In this document: piece by piece, positions 17,045-26,427 of the stretch | Numbering within the stretch: position 1 is the stretch's first letter | How the letters are laid out: every line of letters starts with the position of its first letter | Origin: Andalucia godoyi And28 | Taxonomy: Eukaryota > Protista > Jakobida | DNA: 64,000 nt | Reading direction: 5' to 3' | Assembly: GCA_009859145.1 (NCBI GenBank) | Contig: VRVR01000016.1 | Location: 112,594-176,593 of the forward strand | Notes under the pieces: generated by a model | Told to the model about the DNA's origin: nothing | What the model saw: the letters and a program-made list of their open reading frames with translations, nothing else | Database searches by the model: none | Made by a program: the position numbers and the translations under genes

Positions 17045-19621
17045 TCATACCTGTCTCGTCTTGTTGTAATATCTAGGCCCAGGAAGCGTCAGGACAAACT
17101 CATCAAATTCTGCGCTCCGTTTCTTGGCAGCAAGCAGCGCTGCCTTGCGAGATTGTCGCGTGGACATTCCTGCTGGGATCGTCCCTTGCTCGAGAACGAG
17201 CCGATCGGAGATGATTTTTTCATATTCTCGACCCCGGCTCTTCAGTACCTTTTCGAAAACAGGAACTGTCTTGAGGAGATGCTTCTTGAGTTTCTTTTCG
17301 GGGTGTAGTTCGGGGTCTACAAACTCCTGCAGTTGCTGAACGACTGCCACGTCGTCCGTCCACAACCACTCCTCGGCCTCAAGCTTCTTCCTCGCAGCCT
17401 CGCGCTCTTCCACCTCGTACATGAGAAACTTGTTCTCCCGCTCCAGATTCTTGCGGACAGTTTCATCCATGTCAACATCCTTGGGCGGTTCTTCGCCAGA
17501 TCCGTCGGTTGCAAGAGACTCGAGTGATCGGTTCAGAGAATCGCGGCTCTTACTCTTGGACAACTTCTTGGAGTTGATCAGCATGTCGATGGGCCTCGTG
17601 ATTTGCTCAGTGCCCGATTGAATCTCTGAATCCGTGCTGTCATCGTTGTCCAGCAACGATTGGGTCTTTCGTTTTCCGCTTTCCGACTTCACCGGTGACT
17701 CGTCCATGAACCCAGCAGGAGGAACAAAGGTCGACAAACGCTGCCGATCAGCATTTACATCCGTGTACTGGATTTCGGTGGATTCGCGCGAGACATGACG
17801 TTCAATGAACAGCCGGCCTGATTTGTCTCTGTGGGACATCAAGTTCGAGCCAAAGAACCAGTATCGGTCCCCGGTTCGATCGACCCCAAGTGGGGATCCC
17901 CTGAATTCGAGTTTTTCAATCTCCTTGGACACGAAATCGGCACGCTCTTCAATTTTCTTTTGCAATCGTTGGGCCTGCAACGGAACTGTGTTTGGATCCT
18001 TGAGAACCTTGGTATCTTCTGCATCGAGCGCACGCTGTTCCTTACGGTAAACGTCAATCTGGCTAACTCGATAATCGACATCGGAGCGGATCCTGGAAGA
18101 TTCGCAAGTTTCGTCGGCAAGAAACCGCATCAACGCCACTCGGTCAGAAAACGGGAGTTTTGCAAAGCCGTATGCAATGAGCCTCTGCCTGGCATCCACC
18201 AAAGAAATGCTCGAGAACGCGGTTCGTCTTCCGTCTTTGTTGTTTGCAAAGACCATGCGATTGTGATGGTCCACATCGTCCACGAAATCATTGTACAGCA
18301 AATACGTGGAGAATGCCGCTTCCCAGTGTGCTCGGACATCTTCGAGAACGTGTTCCGGCATCTTGGCACGGATCTTCTCTTGGTCTTCTAGAACAATTCG
18401 AAGCATGCACACAATTGCTTCGTAAACAAGAGGAGTGATGCTTCCCTCGTATTCGATCGACTGATACAAATCCTCAAAGGAGAATGACGGAGTCAGTCGA
18501 AGCACTTTCCAGAAGCGATTCAGAAAATCCCATAAAGAGAGCACTTCGCCGTACAAAAAGGGGGACTGTTTGTTGTCCATATCATGCGGGATCGTCTCCA
18601 GACCTGTTGGCACACCCGTTTTGTCGTCGACGAGTAAAGACCACGGGAACAGTCCTCGAACAAATGCATCATCTCGTGGCTTGAGCGACAATGGAGTCTT
18701 CCACTTTACCTCGGAAGACGAGGCCTTCCTTCGCTTTGCTGCAGGCGTTTCAGCATCTTCTGATTTTGCCTTGCGTGCGGCAGCCTTCTTCTTCGATCCA
18801 TCCTTTGGTCCTTGCCCTTGCTCTTGCTCTTGCCCTTGCCCTTGCCCTTGCCCTTGCTCTTGCTTCTCCTTGGCCTTCTCTTTTCCATTCTTTGACTGGT
18901 CATTCTCATCAACGGGAACGGATCCAGCCAATGACTTGACAATCCACACATGTGTTTTGGTATTCTTTGACGCCACTCCTTTCAGCCACATTCTGATCAG
19001 CGTCTTCGACACGACTGGTTTTTGCCTCTGCACGTCTCGAAACGAAATATCGTGATGCTCAACTTCATCCAAACGCCGCACACGAAACGTTCTCGAGTCA
19101 TTGATTCTCTCTTGCTCTTTTTTGGATTCCTCGCCCAGCATTGCATGTGCAACACCGACAATAGGCATCTTCTTCAGCACTGCAGGATTCGTCAATTCTG
19201 CCTCGATCATGATTGGATACAACAAATCCGAGTCATGCTGGAGATCCGCAAACGAAACTTCGCCTTCGAAAACACTCAGCTCCACTCGTTCATACAGCGC
19301 ATTCACCAAATCAGAAATATTCAGTCTCGACCCATGTACGTTTCGCTCCAGTGCCGACTCGAGGAACACCGGAAACTGCTGAACAGTCTCCTGGTAGTTG
19401 CGTTCCGAAACAAGCGCTTCTTCAAATCGAAGGCCCGATTTCCCGGTGAACTTGCAAGTCCAGCGCTTGCTCTGATACTCAAGAATTCGCTGCACATACT
19501 CCTCATAATCCAAAAACACTTCTCCGGTAAACCGGACTTCAAAGTACGATGTCCCCTCTGGCATTTCAGACGCAGGTGGCCGCAGAAGAGGCTCCCATTC
19601 GCGACCGTCTTTCAAAGGCAT
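17045..19621 (-). CDS. ISWI-associated chromatin remodelling subunit (WAC-DDT-WHIM; ACF1/BAZ1A/Itc1-like)
   Basis: WAC: FTGEVFLDYEEY...WTCKFTGKSGLRFEEALVSE. DDT: GEVLSLWDFLNRF. WHIM1: LPFSDRVALMRFL. WHIM3: PLGVDRTGDRYWFF. First ATG at 19621. Confidence 0.88.
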   Translation of the reverse strand: MPLKDGREWEPLLRPPASEMPEGTSYFEVRFTGEVFLDYEEYVQRILEYQSKRWTCKFTGKSGLRFEEALVSERNYQETVQQFPVFLESALERNVHGSRLNISDLVNALYERVELSVFEGEVSFADLQHDSDLLYPIMIEAELTNPAVLKKMPIVGVAHAMLGEESKKEQERINDSRTFRVRRLDEVEHHDISFRDVQRQKPVVSKTLIRMWLKGVASKNTKTHVWIVKSLAGSVPVDENDQSKNGKEKAKEKQEQGQGQGQGQEQEQGQGPKDGSKKKAAARKAKSEDAETPAAKRRKASSSEVKWKTPLSLKPRDDAFVRGLFPWSLLVDDKTGVPTGLETIPHDMDNKQSPFLYGEVLSLWDFLNRFWKVLRLTPSFSFEDLYQSIEYEGSITPLVYEAIVCMLRIVLEDQEKIRAKMPEHVLEDVRAHWEAAFSTYLLYNDFVDDVDHHNRMVFANNKDGRRTAFSSISLVDARQRLIAYGFAKLPFSDRVALMRFLADETCESSRIRSDVDYRVSQIDVYRKEQRALDAEDTKVLKDPNTVPLQAQRLQKKIEERADFVSKEIEKLEFRGSPLGVDRTGDRYWFFGSNLMSHRDKSGRLFIERHVSRESTEIQYTDVNADRQRLSTFVPPAGFMDESPVKSESGKRKTQSLLDNDDSTDSEIQSGTEQITRPIDMLINSKKLSKSKSRDSLNRSLESLATDGSGEEPPKDVDMDETVRKNLERENKFLMYEVEEREAARKKLEAEEWLWTDDVAVVQQLQEFVDPELHPEKKLKKHLLKTVPVFEKVLKSRGREYEKIISDRLVLEQGTIPAGMSTRQSRKAALLAAKKRSAEFDEFVLTLPGPRYYNKTRQV

Positions 19622-20270
19622 GCTTGACAGACAGGCAATGTCTCTTACAACCCACGAAAGCAACTCTTGCAAATCGAACCACCAAATAAAATATAATAAA
19701 ATAAAATAAAAAATATATAGTAGAGGGTGGTGAAGGGGGGAATCCAGTGATAAAACTGATTGTTATTATTATGCAGAATCAAATGATGAAGAATCGGATT
19801 ATAAAAAATAATGATAGGAATAAGTGATAATACAAATATTGATTATAAAATAAGAAAAGAAAGATTGCAGAAGATTGCAAAAACCACAAACACAGACGAG
19901 CGCGCGATTGGCCCAGAAGTGGAGTATGGCGTGAGTGGCTCGTGAGGAGGATGACGAGCTTGAACGAGGAAATTGAAAAATAAAAAGGAGAAATTGAATA
20001 TGATAATTATGAAAGCATAAAATATTAAAACTGAAAGAAGAAAGAAGAAAAAGAATGGTGAAAAAACCGAGACTCGAGAAGGAGTGTGGCGAATTGGAAC
20101 TTGTGAACTCGGAGGTTTCAAAAGGCGGTGGAAATTTGGCGGGGAATAGAAGGACTACAGCAGTCCTTGTGGGCATCCGAACGCACTGCATCCAGAGGGG
20201 TGCAGTGGTGACAGATTTGAACGGATTAAGAGGCGTTCCTGGCACACGAGTATTAGATGTTCGAGAAGCT

Positions 20271-21341
20271 TTACCAAGCAGACGGCGGCGTGGAGGAGCC
20301 TGTACGCTGCGATGAGGAGGCAGGAACGGAAGCGGGGGCGCGCGCGGGAGCGGGAGGAGGATGCGGGTAAGGATTAAAATGCGGATCAGGATAAGGATAC
20401 GGAAGAGACTGAGAATATTCCGGATGTGCATACAAGGGGAAAGGTTGGCCATACGGAGGCTGGGGATACATGGGTTGAGCAGAGTACATGGGAGGAGATT
20501 GTGGATACTGCGATGGATCACCTCGATCTGTGACGGCATTCGCAACGCGGGCAGCCGAGGACCCAGGTGCGCATCCGCCTTGCATTGGATCATAATCCGT
20601 GATAGATTCGAGAAAGTATACTTGAGCGTCTGTGCAGGTGGTGGTGATTGTCATATTGCTGGACACGGAAACCGTTTTTGACACATTGTATTCGCCCAGA
20701 ATGTCGAACGGCGGATCGTTTCTTTCGACGGCACCACCGCTTAGCATGCGCCTACTGCAAATCACGAAATCCGCCAAGGGAACAATGATCCAGAGATACC
20801 ACAAATTGCTCGAGCTGCGAGTCGGGCTGAAAACGACGGAAAGGATTGTCACGAGAAAGAAGAACAGCAGCCAAATGCAGTACACAATACGCAGCATGCT
20901 GTTCTTGGACACAATAATCGGTAGCCAGTCGATCCACCGAGAATACGCTTCGTAGATATGCACCAGAAATCCCTTGTCCACAAAGTTTTCCGATGTAACC
21001 ATGGGGCCCGAAAAATGCAAAAGACGCCATCTGCGGAACAAAATGTGAAGAGGGTTGTAAGTCGTCGCGTTGATCACGAGACGAGCAATGATGGAAACAA
21101 AGAATGCCATCCCGAACCATGTATCCCGCGGGATCGTTTCACTGAATAGGACGAACAACATGAGAAGGATAGCGAGCTGCAGCACGGAATACACAGCAGT
21201 CAAATAGGACTTCGCTGTCTCATAGTATTCGAGAGGATTGAAAACGTCCACTTGCCATCCTCCGCGGAACTGGGGATTGGTTATGAATTTTCGATAGTTG
21301 CCTTCCGCGTCCAGCAGTGCCGTTGTTAGTTCACGAACCAT
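20271..21341 (-). CDS. Hypothetical multi-pass membrane protein with a Pro/Tyr/Gln-rich cytosolic tail
   Basis: About 4 hydrophobic segments and a YPQSPPMYSAQPMYPQPPY tail. First ATG at 21341. Confidence 0.75.
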   Translation of the reverse strand: MVRELTTALLDAEGNYRKFITNPQFRGGWQVDVFNPLEYYETAKSYLTAVYSVLQLAILLMLFVLFSETIPRDTWFGMAFFVSIIARLVINATTYNPLHILFRRWRLLHFSGPMVTSENFVDKGFLVHIYEAYSRWIDWLPIIVSKNSMLRIVYCIWLLFFFLVTILSVVFSPTRSSSNLWYLWIIVPLADFVICSRRMLSGGAVERNDPPFDILGEYNVSKTVSVSSNMTITTTCTDAQVYFLESITDYDPMQGGCAPGSSAARVANAVTDRGDPSQYPQSPPMYSAQPMYPQPPYGQPFPLYAHPEYSQSLPYPYPDPHFNPYPHPPPAPARAPASVPASSSQRTGSSTPPSAW

Positions 21342-22014
21342 CGGGATCGCTTGTTTTTTCTCTCTTGACTGGCGCAGCGAGTATCTCACCAGATTTTGCA
21401 GCGTGCGCTAAGGGATTCACAGGTGAATGGCGGGAGGGAAAACGACGTTCCAGTAATCGAAGAACAATGCAGCCGAAGAGAGTCGAGCGGTGCTGTGAAC
21501 TGTTTCTTCCTGCGTCCAGTTTCCATTGTCTTGTCTGCACCCTCCCTCCCTCCCCCAGAAAAAAACAACTCACACAGGTCGCACACCGGGATGCAAGCAA
21601 CGAGATCTTTCTCGGAGTATTTTCCAGAGCTGCAGTGGGATGGCAGATGCAAGGAGTTCTGGATTCTGTTTACCGCTTCTTCTAACACACGAGCGCTCAC
21701 ATCCTATCCGGGCGCGAAATCCACTCCCACCAGCAACCCCAAAACGTGCCTCCCCCCCTGTGCACACTGCAATCGAAAATGCAACATCAGAAAGAGCTGC
21801 TGAAAGAAACGCAGAGCACCCCAAGTCCTTGTTGCACAGACAAGCGCATCACGGAGGGGGAAACCGGAACATGGATCTGTATGGCTGCGCAAACTGTCAG
21901 ACAAAGAGTACGCTTCTCCGAGTATTACAGGAGCGAAACGACGTCATCATGTAAAATGGGAATTTTTTAAGGTATAGATATATATGTACATGCCTACGGA
22001 GCTGAGAACATTTG

Positions 22015-23401
22015 CTATGAGGTGCTCGTGGTGTCTCGCCCAAGAGCAGACTTCCACACTTTGCGAGTCTTTGGATCCACAAACATAGTCACATTCTCCG
22101 GCGCGGGATCCTCTGATTCCGCAAACGACTTCATAGGCCTGTGATCCACATCCGGAGTGCCTTCGTGGGCGAGTTGGACCCTTCTGAATTCTTGCTGCGA
22201 CTGCCGAAGGTTCGTAACAAACTTTTCGTCCAGCTTCCAGTCTGCCACGGGGTCCTCACCATCCACGGAAGGGCCCTTCAGTGTGCGCGACATCCCAAGA
22301 TTCAGCGACTGCACCTCGCGCTCATCCGACGCCTCTGCATATGCTTCTGCCTCCGCTCGGGCGCGGGCATCGGAGCTTTTCCGGATCCACAACCGAACTT
22401 TGTTTCCAAAATCATTCATCGAGCTCGCGGTCCCCGCAAATCCATCTTCGACCGGTCTTGCCCCTCCAGCTCGCTTTGCATGTGACGAGTTCAAATTATT
22501 CGCAAACGGAGCACTGGAAGGTGCGGCCTCCTCAACAGGCGCGCCGGAATCCCCTTGCGATATCGCGCTTGTGTCCTTGATCTTGCTTAGGTCCAGCTGT
22601 CCTGTATCAATCATCTCCTCACCCGGACTCATCGAGAACTTTGTAGCTGGTTTTCCTAGTCCATCGCCATCCACCGGAGCACTCTCTGGCGGAGTCCCGA
22701 TGATGCTTTCTACCGCTGACTTCCGAACCGATTGGTCGTGGACGTACTTTTCCAACTGCTGGGAGAAATCCCTAACTTCTTCCCCTTCTGTGGATTCAAG
22801 GACCTTGTTTCGAAACCGTCTTGGAACAGGTTCTGCAGGTACTCGCTCTTCATCGCATACGTCGATTTCTGCATGCACTACCGCTGGAGTGCGCTTTGTG
22901 AGCTTCCCGAAATCAAAAAAGTACGGAAATTTCCTCTTCTCCAGTTCCGCTGCCTTCTTGTCAACGCTGAACTGCACGGATCGGACCGCTGATTTCCGAC
23001 CATGTCTTCTCCCAATCAGGTATCCAATTCCAGCAGTCGCGGCAGACACAGCCACCACTTCTTTCGATAACAATGAAAACAACCCGGGGGGCTTTTGATT
23101 GTGCTCTCCTCCGCGGACTTGTTCAATTTCCGTGGACAACGTATGAATCTTCTCTTCCAACGACCGCTGGTGGCTTACTCGCGCTGTATATCCAGCCCAT
23201 GCAGCAACTATATTCAGCGATCAGAAGAAGAAAAAAAACAGATAGTCAATTAATTAATCAGCACAGCCCAAAGAAGGACATCATCAGTGATTCAAACAAG
23301 CACATACGAGAAGACAGGACCGTTGCCGATATGGAGATGAACGTCTTGTGACGCTCAAAGACAGCCTGGACGTCTGCTACAGTATTTCGGATTCTGTTCA
23401 T
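22015..23401 (-). CDS. Hypothetical membrane protein, 2 exons
   Basis: Exon 1 is 23308-23401 (MNRIRNTVADVQAVFERHKTFISISATVLSS). The intron 23208-23307 (GTATGT..TAG) joins in frame to LAAWAGYTARVSHQRSLEEKIH. A second TM segment reads SAATAGIGYLIG. Confidence 0.8.
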
Positions 23402-23428
23402 CAATCAGCAAGTCCTGCTATGCAGGTG

Positions 23429-23429
<1 letters not shown>

Positions 23430-23466
<37 letters not shown>
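23430..23466. repeat. (CA)n microsatellite
   Basis: Read directly from the sequence. Confidence 0.9.
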
Positions 23467-23469
<3 letters not shown>

Positions 23470-23692
23470 CTTTTTTCTACGTTACCAAACCCACTTCTTT
23501 TTTCTTTTCTTCTTCTGAAATTTATGAAACAAACAGCAAATTGGAGAGGTCTCTCAAAAAGAAAAAATCGATTTCGGTCGGCTCAATCCCAGTATCCGAA
23601 ACGAGCTGTACAGCAGACATGAGCGACTGCGTATTCAACAGTTTACGCAGAGATGGGGAGAACGGGCGCACATGGTGCAGCGTGCAGGCTCA

Positions 23693-24874
23693 TCAATCCT
23701 CTTCTCTCCCCTTCTTGCCCACTCGTATTGGCTTCATATTCGAGTCGAGGTCAGATGGTGTAGAAAGAAACGCACCGGCCAAATTGGCGACTTCCTTGCT
23801 CCACAGCATGGAGGTATGGGTCGCTCGAACGACGGAAACCTTTAGATTCGGTCTCAGCGGATCAATGCTCATCCAAAGATTGCCCTTCTGCCCGGCAATC
23901 TCGCTCGCAAAGGTCATGCTCACGTCAACAGGAGGAGGAGATTCTGACCACAGACCTGACACGCTCCTCTTTCCGAGCCCCGGCGAATGAACCGCCGGGG
24001 AGCTGCCTGAGCTGCCGGAAGAAGGCAAGCTTGCCTTGTAGATCTCGGGGATTCGATCCAAATAATGTGACGAAATGCTGTCGGACCAACAGAGTGTACC
24101 ATCGTTCGGAGAGTCAATCAGCGGATTCGACAACCGTCCAGCATCGGCCAAGACTGTCAACACAGACACGTCATTCGGCCAATCTCCAAGCATATTCTCA
24201 AATTCTTGTGCGGGAACAGTAGAAAGTTCTCGACCCCCGCCGCCGGTGCCCCCGAGTATCCACGAAGGAATCCCATACGCGGACATCTTCCGAGCGATCT
24301 GTGCTCCGCGGACCACAGGCGCAAGCAACACGACTCTTGTTGGGCATTTATGAGAGTCCTTAGATCGAGGAGGCGTGTAGAACCCTTTGGACAAGAGCAT
24401 GCGGACCACCGCACCACCAAACGAATGGGCCGCAAAGTGAACGGGCATTCCCGGCTCCAACACAAGCGACAAGTGCTCCGAGAGGAATGTTGCAAGTGCT
24501 CGAGCATTCTCTTCCGTGGACATTTTTGTGTGCTGTATTTCGCGTGGAAAGAGCTTGAAAGAAAACTGATCGTTGAGATATCGCCCCATGAAGTGAAACT
24601 GGAGAGAGAACCCCCACAGCCCATGAAGCAGCACCAACGCTCCTCCGCAGGGAACAACCTTGTTGGAGTGCGTCTTCGTCTTTGACAAGAACGCACGGAC
24701 ACTTTCCGTTGGAATCGACCAAGCCTCGCTGTTATGACGCATCCTGAACCATTGGAAACTGCGTTCCTGCTGCGAAGATACCAGAAAGCACAAGCAAAGC
24801 TCCAACATTTCTTCCATCGACCACGGTGAATCTTGCATTCGAGGGCGGAGATTTTGCGGGGGAATAAAAAGCAT
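23693..24874 (-). CDS. Alpha/beta-hydrolase (lipase/esterase-like)
   Basis: Oxyanion motif LVLLHGLWG, nucleophile elbow AHSFGG, acid NDG and C-terminal His HTSML. The start is uncertain (24874 or 24741). Confidence 0.8.
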   Translation of the reverse strand: MLFIPPQNLRPRMQDSPWSMEEMLELCLCFLVSSQQERSFQWFRMRHNSEAWSIPTESVRAFLSKTKTHSNKVVPCGGALVLLHGLWGFSLQFHFMGRYLNDQFSFKLFPREIQHTKMSTEENARALATFLSEHLSLVLEPGMPVHFAAHSFGGAVVRMLLSKGFYTPPRSKDSHKCPTRVVLLAPVVRGAQIARKMSAYGIPSWILGGTGGGGRELSTVPAQEFENMLGDWPNDVSVLTVLADAGRLSNPLIDSPNDGTLCWSDSISSHYLDRIPEIYKASLPSSGSSGSSPAVHSPGLGKRSVSGLWSESPPPVDVSMTFASEIAGQKGNLWMSIDPLRPNLKVSVVRATHTSMLWSKEVANLAGAFLSTPSDLDSNMKPIRVGKKGREED

Positions 24875-25893
24875 CCTCGTCCCGAAACGGGAAGCTCCAT
24901 CGTCAACACATACATGCACACATATACACACGCGCACACATACATATACATACAGGTCAGCGGTAAAAGAAAACAAAAGGATTTATAGACAAAGGGTACA
25001 TGGTACAGACGGGTCACTGCACAGTGAGCAAAAATATTTGGTCAATATTGATCATGACGTAAAAAATACGCATTTCCACGATTTTCGTTTTCCACCTTTC
25101 CCGAAATCCCAACACACAATCCTCATGTTTCTCAACTGCAAGAAAACAACAGAAAAATGACTCGGAAACGCAAACTTCCAGGAGGTCGCAAACCCGACAA
25201 GAAGCGCCCTAGGAAGACTTCCAGGCCCTTCTTCCTACGTCGCTCGAACGGTGCCTTGGATAGACATTGAACGCAAAAAAGGTTGCTTGCGCAGCATCGA
25301 TCTCTGGGACGATGCGTATAACAACTGCGTCTTCCTTTACCAGAAACGCAATGTTCCTGCAAGATCCTGAAAGTTGGATCGACATGTGTTTCCGAACTCC
25401 AACTCCAGGTTGACGAAGAACACGAGACATTGTCCGAAACGCTTCGTCGTGAAACCGCGAGACAAGCATTCCGATCATCGCAGCTTCAAGGTTCCCAAGA
25501 ATGGTGGAAAACCTCCCGTCCAATTGTCGGTCGAGGAAGGTGCTGCTTTCTGGTCCACTTTCATTCCCGGAAGCACCATCAAATTGTGGAAACGAGGAAG
25601 GGAGGCGGAGCGTGAAATTCGACGGCTACGTGAGATGGAGCGTGAGAAACCCCAAGGTGGCTGTAACGGCTCGGTTTTCAATGTCCTGCGCACGTGTTCC
25701 ATTTCCTATGTCCAAGGACGATACTTTTTTGATTGTCCCAGTCGCGCGATCCATGGCACCACCCAAGACGAAAACCGGGGACATGGTTGTCATCAACAGC
25801 TGCGATGGCGGAGGCCGTGTCTTCCAGACTGTTTATGATGGCTGTGGGAATTACAAGGAATATGGGTTCTCCGAGGGCGACCCTTGACGCTGA

Positions 25894-26388
25894 TCAAACC
25901 CCAGAAACGCTATCAGAAATTGCAATCGAAACGCGCCACCGAGACGACTTGCATGTCGAAAAACGGCAAGACGGAATGCCCGGCGCAAGATGCGCAACAT
26001 TTCGCACCGCATTCAGAACATGCAACATGATGGGCATGTACGCATTGCCAAGGCGGTGTGCCAGAAACAGAGTGAAGACGGCACAGTGTCCCCACGCGGG
26101 ATGCACGTATTCGCAACCTCGTGACCAGCATGGTGCGAGAAACGTTGCGATCTTGGGTGTGGAATGTATTGGCATTGGAGTCTGCCAACACCCAAGCCCC
26201 TTTTCATCCTCCTCGTAATAAGGGGGAGGTGTTTGCGTGGGACTGAAAACACCCAACAACCTACTTGTTGTGGGAAGCCCTGAACCATTTTCATGGAAAA
26301 GGGAGCAGCTTCGCCATAACGTCTCCAGTTGGCGACTTTGAGACTCCAATTGAACTCTCCGGTTTCCATGCGCAGATTTGAAACTCAT
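25894..26388 (-). CDS. Possible small hypothetical protein
   Basis: 164-aa ATG-initiated ORF starting just downstream of the ABCG stop. No recognisable motif. Confidence 0.3.
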   Translation of the reverse strand: MSFKSAHGNRRVQLESQSRQLETLWRSCSLFHENGSGLPTTSRLLGVFSPTQTPPPYYEEDEKGLGCWQTPMPIHSTPKIATFLAPCWSRGCEYVHPAWGHCAVFTLFLAHRLGNAYMPIMLHVLNAVRNVAHLAPGIPSCRFSTCKSSRWRVSIAISDSVSGV

Positions 26389-26427
26389 TATTGTTGTTGA
26401 TCAGCGTTTAACTAAGCGGGTCACTGG

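Noticed and set aside
22157-23098. Long opposite-strand or alternate-frame ORFs (e.g. 22157-23098, 5081-6232, 24157-25017)
   Set aside because: They are shadows of real genes, with no motifs and biased composition.
25368-25370. In-frame TGA separating two open stretches (possible selenocysteine or readthrough)
   Set aside because: The upstream stretch has no ATG, shows no selenoprotein motif, and no SECIS was recognised.
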